This document shows positions 16,075 through 29,200 of a DNA stretch of 64,000 nucleotides, one piece after another (within the stretch, counting starts at the first letter, position 1; each line of letters starts with the position of its first letter). A program made the position numbers and the translations under genes. Source of the DNA: Eimeria praecox (taxonomy: Eukaryota); contig OY986946.1 in the NCBI GenBank assembly GCA_963920595.1, positions 3,472,001 through 3,536,000 of the forward strand, written 5' to 3'. The notes below the pieces were generated by a model that saw only the letters and a program-made list of their open reading frames with translations, was not told the origin of the DNA and ran no database searches.

Positions 16075-17367
16075 TTTGAGAAAGACAAATAGAAAAAAGC
16101 TTGAACTGAAGGCGAGGACTTTGAAATAGAGTACTTCCCCGTACAATTTGAAAGCTCTAAGTTTTCGAATGTTCACTAAGCAAAGACCTCGAATGGTGAT
16201 TCCTGTTGCAGGTTACGCACTATTGGGATACCTGCAAATAGTTTCAGGTGTACGTGCACTGCAAAGGACGGATGGCGACGCGCCTGGAAGGACGCATCCT
16301 GCTGCAGGTAAAAAGCGGCAATACTTGCTGAATTCAATGGAAATAGTCATCTAGAACCTAGCAAAACTTGTTCAGAATCACGTAGCGCCTAAACGATGCT
16401 GCATAACGTCTACCGCAACTGATAAACAACAAGGGTGCCTGGTGTAAACTTTCCTTAAAATAAGAACTTCAGTGGCTCTACAGTCATGCCAATTTTTCCT
16501 ACAATATACACAACACTGATTACACCTTTGTGATTATTCTTGCAGTGCACCGCGATACTAGTCATAGATCATGACAGTTCATGAAACACCTCAACAACTT
16601 GTTCCATCCGTTTTCTGTCCCACATGTCCAACATCGAACAGATGATAGCAGCATCTCCGTGGACTTGCTGTAATGTTCGTTCTTGATGTTCAAAGAAGGC
16701 TGCTTTGGCCAGCTTGAGTGATTTATGCAGAAGTTTGTCGTTCAGGAAAATAGCAAGGCGGGCAGCGGCTCCTTCCAATGCCAACCCAGAGTGCCTTGCA
16801 TGCTAGATGAGTTCATGCGTATGATCATCTGTGCTGATTCGAGTAAATAATCGAGAAGTGACTAATTGATTCAAATTCGTAGTTATTAAAGTAGCGTTTC
16901 TGTAAATTGCGGCTGACAGAGACTGTCAGTAGCTACGGGCCAAGCGAGCAGCGGCCATTCCGATGAGCCGGAACCTTCTCCAGCCACCGCGTTTAAACTT
17001 TCAAGTTTCTACAATTTGAGGACTCTGTAATTGTGGGTTTGAGCTTATTCTCTATCAGAAGATGCATTTGGGAGAGCACGCGAGCTGCCCTTTCTTTACG
17101 CCGCTGCTGCGGTGAATTCAACCCGAGTTGAACCGGAGAGGCTGAGCTGACTCTGCTGCAGAGCGCACATTTCAAATCTGAGGTTCGAATCCTGCATAGA
17201 ACAGATTACTATTGTGTATATTGTCTGTCTTTAAGGACGACGAGCAGCTGGCGGTGCCACGATAGAAGAACAGCACATTGACTCCTAGCTGCTGCTGGCA
17301 CGCAGCAGCAGGAGCCCCGATCTCTTAACATTCTTAGAGTTAACTGTATGGCATTCTGAAGTTGAAT

Positions 17368-18522
17368 ATGGCGGTATTGTCTGACAAGGGGTTGACCTGC
17401 AGCAATTCCTTGTGCAGACAGCGAGACTTTCTCCCCTTCACTTGCAACAAATGTGGCAAAGTGGTAAGATGGGTTTCTGGGCTTAACTTTGAAAAACCTA
17501 CATTTAATGCCTGTATATGTGTTTAGAGTGGAGCATTAAACTTAAGCTGTATCTGCAGTAGTCTAGAAACAGCTTCCATACGGTTCTAAAACAGATATGG
17601 TTTCTGCTATATTGCATTGCTTGTTGCTTGCTGCTTGATGTTGAGCTGTCTTTATACAGTTTTTACGGAGTTTTGTGGTTTCTGCTCAGTTCTGCTTAGA
17701 CCATTATCTACCAGATGGCCATTCATGTCCCATGAAAAATGCGGGGGACAGACGGGTGTATATCTGTCCTACCTGTCTTGAAGTTGTTGGGCTGGTGAGT
17801 AGCTGCAGGCCAACGGTATTTGTATTTAGTTGTTGAACACAGAATGCAAATTTGTTTTAATTATTGGCTTGTTCTGAATCTTTATGAGTTGCATTGTAAA
17901 GATAAGATATACCTCATTTGCCATTCCTTCAATTCTTTTATCCTGGGATTGCTGCTGCAGCAAGACTTAGAAACGGAGCAGGAAGCAGCAGGCCGCCACC
18001 GTCCGCATTGCAGGCCCGAGCTGCGGGGCCAGAGGGAGCAGTTACGGAAGGGGAAGCATTGCCCGGTGAAAGGCTGCAAAGAAGTGCGTCGAGAGAAGCT
18101 ATGGGCTTGCTTGTCTAAGCGTTTGGACTCCTCCTTTCGCTGTATGATACTTCTGCTCATAGAGGAAGATCAAGGGGACGCCGCCCAAGGCACTGTGATC
18201 AGTTCTTTCCCTTGTTCAAGCTCTTCTGCATGCTACATGGGAGACTTGGGTTGCAAGCTGCTTTTGTCTTCGTCTGCTGCGCCTGTGCTGGCAGCGGCTG
18301 ACCCCCATATCATCCATCAAATGCCCGCATTGCCAGGCCGACGTCTGCATCAGACACCGTCTGAAGGAGGACCATAACTGCGAGGCCCTCGCATCCAGCA
18401 AGAATGAAAGAAAGCGGAATTCGCTTCTTAGGCAACTATCTTCAAGCGCTTCAAAGGGAATCAAGATGAAGTGGCATTCGGACTCTTCTAATAATTCAGG
18501 TGAGATGCGGAAGTGTGAGTAG
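17368..18522 (+). CDS. Double AN1-type zinc finger protein (ZFAND2/AIRAP-like), 4 exons, possible fifth
   Basis: Exons 17368-17463, 17690-17794, 17961-18083 and 18295-18522 give CSNSLCRQRDFLPFTCNKCGKV|FCLDHYLPDGHSC...CPTC...CPVKGCKE|RLTPISSIKCPHCQADVCIRHRLKEDHNC, i.e. two AN1 fingers with the central CxxC typical of ZFAND2. Confidence 0.88.
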
Positions 18523-19540
18523 GTATGGTGATCCAGTATAGCGTATTAAGAGGCAGTCACCCCCTCCCCTTCCCTTCCCTTTTTATAACTTCCTTAACCT
18601 CCTTGCAGATTATATACCTCGTACTAACGGGCAAACAAACGAATCCGTGAATTACCCACAACCCTCTTGTATCCGAGCTGCTGCCATGAGCACATCATCG
18701 TCACCAGTAGGATCTTCACCTTCTGAAGGCTGTGAATGCGATGTTTATGCTTGCTGCCGGGCAGCAGGCGCTCAGAAGGACCGTAAGGTGCGTACTACCC
18801 ACTCACGAAACGTGGCTACCGGTGTGACAGCATCTCGAAAGTGAGGTAAGCTTCTGCGAAGCCGTACGTACAACACGATGACGACCATGCTATCGTATGC
18901 ATGCGCTGCGCAGGGGAAGAAGGGCGGCATGTGCGCAATTATGTGATGACGCGCCCTGGGCAGCTTCCCGCCTATACTGAACGCTATACTGCTATAGCTG
19001 TAGTTGCACTCATAACCCAGACCTAGCAAAGTAGCAGGTGGGATAACCCCCACTCCAGTGCCGCAAGAGCGGCCATCGAATTACTGATTGCAGGTGCCAG
19101 GTGCACGCTCCTGCAGTTCTATTATTATTATTATTATTATTAGACTTTCTACAACGCTTTCGCCTAGCTAAATGGGCACCACTAACATAGTTTTACACGT
19201 AAGCTTGCCATTTGTGCATCTGATAAACTGCGAAACGGTAACATGTAACACGTAAAGTGGACGACCCATAATTGAGGAAAACATCAATTTTCGGGAAACA
19301 ATGAAAGTTATGGTGGGCTGCTTCACCGCAGCTCCGAGTGTCGCCTTTAGCACGATAGGGCGAAAGCCGTCGCTCTCGAAGTATCTACGAGTTGCGAGAC
19401 ATGACAGCGAATTCTCGATGAGGAACTGCGCCCAATGTTCAGATTAACAATTGCGATGCTGGACAGAGAGGCCCGCAAGAAAGCATGCTGAGAAAATATT
19501 CCCTCAGCCAATCAACCGTGTTTTCTAAACGCGTGCGCGT

Positions 19541-22500
19541 TTACAGCTTGTCGTAGTAGTGGTCGAGAGGGGGGATTTCAGGCTTCAAGTGCTTTCTGGT
19601 ACGGATGCCCTGCACCAGAGCCTCCATCTTGCTGCCCTTCTCAAGCGGGTCGCCGTTGAGGCAGCTCCAGTGGTCGAAGACGCACTGAGGGAAGGCCTGG
19701 CCAGATGTTGCGGCACGCAGAGCTGTTGTGAACCCGAAGGACTCGGCCACGGGGAGGTATGCACGGAGCACCACAAGAGGGTTGCCAGGCTTGCTGTCTT
19801 CCTCGAACACGTGTCCACGACGCATGAACAGAACTGTATCAATGCCTTCCATAGAGTCACGAGGCACAGAGATATCGACCAAGAACATAGGCTCCTGAAG
19901 ACGAGGCTGCGACACCAGCTGTGCGGCGTAGAGCACACGACGGCAGGTAGGCATGATCTGACCGGCACCTCTGTGGATAGCGTCTGCGTGCATGGTAACA
20001 TCTGTCAGGTTGAAGCGAATACCACGCATGTTCTCCTCGCAGAGCACACCTTCCTTGCTCGCCCACTGGAAGGCAGAGTTGCAGTGGTCCTTAATTTCGT
20101 TAAGATACTGCACACCAACTGTCATATCAACCAGAATGTTAGCGCCGGAAGTCTCAGGACCGAAGCACCAAATCTTCATTGCGTGGTTCTTGTCGAAGTC
20201 GAATTTCTCGCTCAACTCGTTGGCACGTTCCTTGGGGCCGTCCTTGGAGCTGATCTTTCCGGACTCGATTGCCTCGGGAAGACCCTCTGGCAAGGGCTCT
20301 GCCGTCATGTAGAGTCTGTTGTGCTTGTTGGGCGACTTCGACAGACATGTCATAGAAGAGGGAGCGGTGACTGTCTCACGGTATGAGACGACAGGGTCGG
20401 ACACGATAATGTCGATCTGGGCATACTCCTCCTTAAGATCCTTCAGGCAAATTTCAACGTGCAGCTCACCACAACCAGCAATAATGTGCTCTCCGCTTTC
20501 CTCAGTTGTGCAGACGACCAGAGGATCAGATTTAGACAGACGCTTCAAACCTTCGACAAGCTTGGGAAGTTCCTTCATGTCCTTTGGCTTCACGGCAACA
20601 CGGACGACAGGAGAGACGGAGTATTTCATGTCGGCAATGTTGTGGGCCTGATCGTATGTGGTGAGGGTTCCGGACTTGAGCAAGAACTTGTCGACACCAA
20701 CAAGACAGCAGGTATTGCCGCAAGGCACATCCTGCACCTGTTCAACGTACTTGCCCATCATAATAACTGTACGCTGGATGGTCTTGATTGTCAGATCTGT
20801 CTTCTCACCAGGCACGTAGTAGGGGCCCTGAATACGGACTTTCTGGCCAGTGGCGACAGTGCCGGAGAACACACGACCGAAGGCATAGAATCGACCCTTG
20901 TCCGATGTCGGTACCATTTTGCTGACGTACATCATAAGAGGAGCGTTGGGGTCGCAGTTGCGGATGCCGTTGGCCGCCTCGTCGTCCTTGGGACCCTCGT
21001 ACAGAGTGTCCACACGGTATTTCTGTGCCTCCCATGGAGAAGGCAAGTGGCGGACAATCATCTCCAGCAAGCAGTCACCAGCAGGCAGCCACAGCTGCAT
21101 AACACGCTTAAGCAGAGCCTTCCCGGTCAGGTCCTTGTCGTCACCCTGCACACACAAGAGCAAAGAGGACAAGGGACGTTACTGCCCGAACTCTCCTGGA
21201 ACTGAGAGGTTGAGGTCTGAACACTGGTGTGAAACGAACCTTCAATTCAATGCCGAGAGTTGTCAACATCTTCTCGTATTTGTCTTTCTGGTCGTTCATA
21301 ATGGTGGAGAAGAGCTTGCAGATGGGGTCCATGATGAACTGGCAGAAGGCACGCTGAGATCCTTCTGTCTGTGTTCGTGTCCATTTCTTTTCCTTTGCAT
21401 TGTAGAAGTTGTTACCCCAGAGACGCTGCATCATCTTTTCCTTGGGCACATCGAACTTGGCGGCATAGAGCTTGGCGAACTTCTCAATGGTGAATGCCCA
21501 CCCGTGAAGACCGGAACCGAAGGAAACAGTTCCCTTTTCAGGGAAGACTTGCATGTCTCCCACATTCTCATCACTGCAGGTGGAAATGATGACGTTCACA
21601 TTTTCGACGTTACGTTCAAAGGTCAGGTAGATTTCTTCGGGGTCCATTTGTAACTCGAGAAGAGCACGATCAACCTTGTTCACGTGCAGAACGGGGCGAA
21701 TACGTTCTTGCAGAGCCTGACGGAGCACAGTCTTGGTTTGCACGCAAACTCCATCGACGGAATCGACGACGACAAGAGCACCATCGGTAACACGAAGAGC
21801 TGCAGTGACCTCAGAGCTGAAGTCAACGTGTCCTGGAGAGTCGATAAGGTTGATCAGGAACTCCTGTTCACCCTTCCCATCATCCAAGTCCTGCTTGAAG
21901 TACAGGGAAATACCAGTACTCTTAATGGTGATACAACGCTCCTGCTCATCCGCACGTGTATCGGTGAAACGTGCGGTACCCGACGCCTTCTCGGAAATGA
22001 TACCGGCCTTGCACACCAATGAGTCCGTCAGAGTACTCTTTCCGTGGTCGACATGGGCAATAACGGACATATTCCTAATATTCTTAGGATTGCCCATAAT
22101 TTCACGCATCTGTTCCACTGAAAAGTTCACCTGAAACGCCACAGCAACAGACAAGCAAACGAACGCTCCTATTCAACCCCCTTCCCATAGATTCTCCTCA
22201 AACACTATCCATGAACCGAAACTATGCATAATTTACATAGCTCATCAGGTACAGACAAAGTGCGCGCAAGGCGTGTAGGTTGCTGCTACCCACTCCTTAC
22301 TGGAGGCCCCACAACATGGGAGCCAACTCCATTTCCCTGGCCCCCCATATCACCATCTATTGCGATTAAAAGGTCACCATTTGGGGTTTATATCCACAGG
22401 AGAAGCCGCATCGTCCCACCATCAATGAATGCACCGGTGGGAAGACGCCCCCCACAAGTTACAGCATGGCAACAACCATCACCTCCATGCATCAGGAACT

Positions 22501-22633
22501 CCACAAGAGACAGTCCTATTGGTACACGGTACAATAAAATAAGCCATTCCGACTAAAATGATCAGAAAAGAATGCGACAAGCATCCCGATACGGCGTGTT
22601 AACACAGAACGCTCCAGATGCGCCGCGTACCAT
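19541..22633 (-). CDS. EEF2: Eukaryotic translation elongation factor 2 (832 aa, 3 coding exons)
   Basis: Exons 22631-22633 (ATG only), 21240-22130 and 19541-21145. Motifs [27 protein letters not shown] and the diphthamide loop [11 protein letters not shown] are present; C-terminus YYDKL. Confidence 0.98.
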
Positions 22634-25600
22634 TTTCGAAAGCTGGTGAAGGAGAGGGGGCGGCTAAAACCGAAAGGTGAACTGGAAAGGCAAATCCTAT
22701 TTGCCACGCTTCTCCCTAATTAGAACGTATAGAGCAGGACCGAGAGACAAATAGAAGAGTTACCAGTGCAACGGCTCACGAAACGTGGGGACGCCTGTGC
22801 TGCCGCTGGCGGCAGCGCAGAGAGGGGCTGCGTGTAGTAGCACTGGCGGGTGGCAGCAGTTCACACTGCTCCGTGTTTGGGTCTGTTATACCCCCGGAGA
22901 GTCTGTTGTTCTTTTATTAATTGGTTAATATTTAATTAAATGTTAACTATTTTCATATTTTTGGTAGAGGGGTGCAAGGCGAATTTATGCTGGCTTGCTC
23001 CTTCTGTTGGGCTCGATTCGAAAACGCGCCTGCTGTGAAGGGCTGTTGCTGCTCTTCCGATATAAATTACCTCCTATCGATAGTTAGTGTCCATATGAAT
23101 GTTGTGCATATAATTTTAGAAGCATATGCCAGTTCAACAGACTAAAGACGCTCAGCTGTGAACCTACCTGCGGAAAGGTCGCCGTCTGGGCCCCGTACCA
23201 TGATAGCATAGTCTGTCTGAGGTCGGTATTACCTTACATTTATCCTTGTACACATGCTGGCTAATTTTGTACAGGCAGCTGTTTAATAGCAATTGTCTAC
23301 GCTTTTCGTGAAAGCACCGAAGGGGGCTTGAGTACGCTTGCATGCGAACAGAGTTAGTGCATGCAAAACGGGAGGTTAGCATGTGGGGTTGCTGCCTTGC
23401 AGCGGGAGTAGCAACAAGAAAGTAGGCAACTTATGACAGAGTTTGTGACATCCTCTCCGGACAATCCACCGGAGGCCTGCATGCCGCATTGTCTAGGAAA
23501 CTCGTTAAGAGGGAAGCCCCTGGAAGTCTGCTGTTCGGTGAAATATTAAATCAAGTGTTTTGACTCTCCTGCAGCTCAGGAATATCCTCAGATAGGATAG
23601 AAAGTAGTGATACAAGGCAGGGGTGACAAACTTGAGAACTCTCCTGCTACGGCATCCCTGACTTACGCACCATGCGGCTTCATTGTCTGTGCCGACGGGG
23701 CGAGGGTTCATGAACTGCCGTGTAGTGAAATTTATATACAGATGTGAACTGATCTATTTCGAAAAACTACCGGCGTACTGCTCCCTCTCACTGCAAGAGA
23801 GAGCTCTGCACGCCCGCAAAGATATGCTCAGGACTACATGGTGAGCTGCAGAATGATTTATCTATGACCGTAAGAAATAAATGCTGGCGATTGGGACTGT
23901 GTTCTAGTTTACGATAGGTGAGGCTGCATGCATCAGCCGCACACATCCCGAGCTTCCCACAGCATCAGTGCTCATCAACGCTGAGAGTTTAGTGTTTAGG
24001 GTTGCGGGCTTACTGTGCGAAGATTGGTGCGTAAGGCCTAGGATGACGGAACTTTCTTTGCCTACCCACCCATACAGTGTCCGCTGTATACTGAAGTTCA
24101 ACCGTTATAGTCTAAGAGAGACAGTATATTTCTGAACTCCCAGTGGCATCTCAATTTGCAGCCTCAGAGACTTATGCCTGAAAAACCTGGGAGAGTCACA
24201 ATCCCATTGGCTACTTTGTCATGGCAAATGCAGACTCTGGCAGTATCTTCTGGTGGCATGCGCAGGGCACAGGCCAACGTTCCTAGTATAATGGGCCCAT
24301 CATACCTTTATTGAGGTGCGCAGAGCCCAGCGAAGGGAAGCGATACAAAGCGGGGGGGCAAAAGAGTCTATTAAGGAACAGCCATGAACACATTGCTTAG
24401 TTAAGCTTGATCTTGAACGAGCTACGTTGCTCAGGGCCAGCTGCTGACAGCAGTAACGGGACACCTGTTCGCTAGACCTTAGAGATACTGTATACAAGTA
24501 GTATTAATGCACTGGGCAAAACCATCTCCTCAGTTTTCATTGATTTGCAGATTTGGGCCTGCTATGACGCGGCGCTGCTTGAACGGGATAGCTGACTCTC
24601 TCCGTAGTGCGTGTGGCACTATGAAACGGTAGTTCAAAAACTGCTGTGAAGTCTGAATTGCGTGTGACACTCATGGTGCAAGTTTGTCTTCGAGGGATGT
24701 GTTGGGGCCTCGTACACACACAGCTGTGTGGGCAAGGGTCCCCCAACTCATAAACTCCAGCTGATATCTCTCCGTTTAATTTGCCAATTAGTACACCAAA
24801 TTACAAGAATGCAAGAGTGACGAGGACTTACTGGAGGTAATAGGTAGGGATTTTCACGCCTGGAAGGGCAATACCGTAGCAATTGTTCAGTTGCCATCCT
24901 CAGTGGCATTAACAAGTGAATGGCGTACTTCTAGAAAGCCAGCAACAATGTGATAAAGCTTCCTAATGATGCTGGGTCTGCGCTGCCGAGAATAAGCCCA
25001 TTTAAACCTGCATATCTACTCCTTCCGCGTTGTTGTTGTACTAGGAAGCACCGCTACCTTGAAAGGAGCTACACTTTACGTACTGTTGGGGAGAACAGCA
25101 AGGAGCTGGCAAGCCCAGGAAAATCTCCTGATGGCTACAAAGCTGGATCTAATGACTTTGGGGGCTCATTTGTTGTGCAATATTTGCTGTTCAAAGCCCC
25201 GGGGTCGATTACGCAGATCCGAAATGATGGAGCAGCTAGCTAGCTAAGTCTCTGGTATGCCTTGAAGGTGCGTTTTTATACATATACTGATGTTAGACAG
25301 ATACACAAAGGGGGTAGGGATTTAACAGCATTGGAAAGATGGTAGCGAAGGATTTGCTCTAACTGGGGATTGATTGACCCGGTGGCGCCCGAGCTCTTTC
25401 CACTGTGGGCGGAAAGATTAAGGTGGAATGGGACTAGAATGGTCGAATATCAACTAATTTTCGTAAAACAAAAGTCAAATGATGATATATACTCGGATTT
25501 TTTGCAGCATTTGGTTACATGAATTCTGCTTCGCCCACCTGCGGCGGTTAAGGCAACCGTCGATTTGGCCCACCGGTCTGCCCTCACGAACTGCTGGCGC

Positions 25601-26207
25601 ATCGCCATTGAGAGCTGATTTGCACTTTTTGTTTGTTTTAGCCAATATAAGACTAGCAGATACACTTTGAAGGGAACATCTGGAGTCGCCAAGCCCTTTG
25701 ACACGACGGTATGGGAATTGCGCCGGACGAGCGGACCATAGTGGGGCTGACACTGCATTGCTAGCATCATTGGTACTCCTTGAAGGCGACAACTGTTCTG
25801 CCGCCTTTTTCCGAGACGGCAATGTGTTCAGCTCACTGCAGCTGAAAGGATTTCTCAACAAGCTCCACACACACGAAGCGAACGGGCCCGAGCACTCTCC
25901 AGGCTCAAGGGCCTCCTCGGCTGGGGCTGTCGGTGAGCTAACCTATACATCCCAGCCCCCGCATTGGATCCAAGATAATGCAGCTTGGGCAAGCCTCAGT
26001 TTCTCAAGCAGCATACAGCCTTCTCCCCAAAGGCTCTACTTCTGGGGGAGATTGGCACCACTGGGGTCGCCTCGCATTCTCCAAGTCCTTATAGACCTAG
26101 CATCAAGGGCCGCGTGCTTTGTGCCCTTAGGATATTTCGTATTATATTCCTTCGGATATCTTTCGCAACTGGCCAAATCCTGAGTGTTTGCCTTCTATTG
26201 ACAGAAG

Positions 26208-29200
26208 ATGGCAGACAAACAGGAGTCCGAGGCCAAAACGGCGGCCTCGCTAGTCAAAAAGGGTTCTGCAGTGAGTTGCGCGCACGGTCTGTGTCATGCC
26301 CTTCGGCATACATACACTGCATGCATAGGCTTCCTACCTTACTGGGGTCAGAGGAAGGGAGAAGGATGCAGGCAATTTTTCCACCTTGTTGGCTGCACCC
26401 CGCCTACGACTCAAGCCACGCAGGCGCAGTCGAACACGTAATAGAGCTGATTAATATCAGAGAAACCTGTTGGCGTTCGGGTTTGTCTACAGGTCGCGTA
26501 CATGCAGAATGACGCCCCGGTTTCCAAACTTGAAGTATGGGCAATGAATGCACCAGCAGTTAAGGATAACCCAGATCTGATGTTTGCTCTTTGTTCTGTT
26601 GAGCCGTCATCCACTGCCAGTAAACTCATGCTGAAGCAAAAGGTGCCTCCCAGCGACCAGGTGAGCCATCAAAACTTGAGACCCTTTCCAGGCGTTTTCG
26701 TTTGGCTTCTTGAGGCCCCAGCAGCCCTTAGTTGCCAGTTACTGTTTTGATAGCAGATGGATTAAATGTACGAACCTCATCACAGCTCCTTGGATTCGTC
26801 CGTTATGTACTTGTGCATACGCTGTTCTGCAGGTGTTTGAGGCTTCGGCAAATCAAGTATTCAATGCCAATACAAACTTGGACCCCATGGCATACAACGA
26901 CGTCGGAACGATTCCCCACCAGAACATCCCGTGCGTCTTGGAATTCCTGCGTGTTCGCTACATGAACAAGGTGATGTACACGGCCGTTGAGCCGTTAATT
27001 GTAGCAATTAATCCTTTCCAGGACCTGCACAACGGGACGCCTGAAGTGATTGGCCAATACCGCGATGCAGCCGACTGCGATAAACTGCCGCCGCATATAT
27101 TTCAAATATCGAGGCGTGCAGTGGAGAATCTTCATGGGGTGAAGAAAAGTCAAACAATTGTCGTATCAGGAGAGTCGGGGGCTGGAAAGACAGAAACAAC
27201 GAAGCAGCTGATGAAGTACTTTGCCAGCGCACGGTCGGGGAATTTGGACGCTCGGATCCAACAGGCCATTATGGCGGCAAATCCTGTGCTGGAGGTGAGT
27301 CATTCTCCTTTTGTGTTGAAATAAAGGGAGTTATAGGTTAATTTGAGTTCGGTGGGAAGAGGAGGTCAACGGTTTTCTCCTATATTGCGTTTCCAGGGAC
27401 CGTTGGTCTTTATTTGTTTGTAGCTATTAACGCTACATGCTGTTCTATGTAATGGTGTTCTAGCCTCGAAAAGTGCTCTTACTTCAAATATTGACGGAGG
27501 CTAGGCTTTGGTCTTCATGCTGCGTGTTTCTTCAGGCTTTTGGCAACGCGAAGACCGTGCGCAACAACAATAGCAGTCGGTTCGGCCGTTTCATGCAGCT
27601 TGATGTGGCCAAAGGGGGGGGCATCCGCCACGGTTCTGTGCTCGCCTTTCTGTTGGAGAAGAGCCGAATCCTAACTCAAGTAAAGAAATAGCAGGATTGC
27701 CTGCAGCCCCTCGCTTCTATGGAAACAGCTGCTCTGCTATTGATTCACATGATGACGCAGTTTTGCCGACGCAGAGCTTTAAACATTTCTCGAGAGTTTG
27801 ATTGTTTGTTTGTGTGTTTTAGGACCAAAACGAACGGTCGTACCATATCTTCTACCAAATGATCAAGGGCAGCACACCGCAAATGAGGGAACGCTACAAG
27901 CTGCTCGACTGCAGCAAATACCAGTTCCTCAACCCACACTGCGTAGACGCTCCAGGTAAGGGCGTTAATCTACCCCAGCATAGCTGATGCTATAGCTGCT
28001 GCGCTATTTAAGGTTCCTAATTGGGACGGGTAAACCTAACGTAGAGCTGCTCTCTATACGCGATGCATATACTTGACTTCTGCAATCCCTTGTCCTTGTG
28101 TATTCAAGGGGTTGACGACCTCAGTGAATTTGAATCTGTGGTGAAGGCCTTCGAGTCCATGGGCCTGAAGGAGGAACAGCGTCACACCATATGGTCCGTG
28201 GTGTCGGGAGTTTTGCTCCTCGGCAACGTGGCAACAGTCGGTAGGTCTGCCTGCTGTTCACAGCCCACGATGTGGGTTTATGCGCTGTGCGATTTTTCTC
28301 AAAAAGGAGTGCGCCATGAGGTGGTAGCCCAGCATCTGCCTGTCATACAAGCCGCTGCCAAGCTGCTCTCCTCTAGCAACGATGGCATTCAAAGACGGCC
28401 CAATTGACTGTCGGCTGCCGGTGTTTTGTCTTCTATCAGGCAAGAAAGAAGGTGGTGTCGAGAATGCTGCCGTTATCACTGGCGAGAGTGCTCGCGTGCT
28501 GAAGGATGCCTGCGACCTTTTGTTTTTGGACTCTGAACGCGTTCTGACAGAGTTGACTGTCAAGGTTACGTACGCTGGTAGGCCGTTTATCCACTAATGG
28601 CAATCGTTCGGAACAGTAGTGGAGGGAGCCAGCGGAGGGTTGGGGTTGGCTGTGCTCCTGTAGCAAACATGCACCGGTAAACTCCACACGCATCTCACTG
28701 AAGAGTCCCTTCTGTGGAGGAGAAGCTTTGCTTCGCCCCCTTCAAACTTGGTGTTTACAGGAAACAACAAAATCGAAGGACGCTGGACTGTTGAAGATTC
28801 GGACATGCTCCGTGGCTCTCTGGCGAAAGCCGTGTACGAGAAGCTGTTTTTGTGGATCATTCAAGCGCTGAACTCCACAATAGAGCCCCCAGGCGGATTC
28901 CAAACGTTTATGGGTGAGAATGTAGTGCGCTGCGTTTTCTGGGAAATTACGTCGCACTCTTTATATCCCTTCACATGCTGCAGATCATTTAATTTGGCTG
29001 CTGTTGGGCTGGGATTTTTTCAGGACTTCTGGATATTTTCGGTTTCGAAGTCTTCCAGAACAACTCTCTTGAGCAGTTGTTTATCAACATTACAAACGAA
29101 ATGCTTCAGGTTAGTGTCAGAGCACAAGCAGTATAGTTACATGTGGCCATGCCTTTCTGATCAGTATAACCAAGTAGGCACAAATGCTTACATGTAGCTT

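Noticed and set aside
17180..17195. tRNA T-loop/B-box-like GGTTCGAATCC
   Set aside because: The T-stem pairs for only 3 bp, and there is no D-arm or acceptor stem upstream.
19559..22134. Long plus-strand ORFs (275, 248, 251 aa and others) opposite eEF2
   Set aside because: Antisense shadows expected from the biased codon usage of a highly expressed gene.
22216..22249. Hammerhead-ribozyme-like CTGATGAG followed by a hairpin on the minus strand in eEF2 intron 1
   Set aside because: The stem is followed by TTCGG rather than the essential GAAA, and no stems I/III or cleavage triplet could be built.
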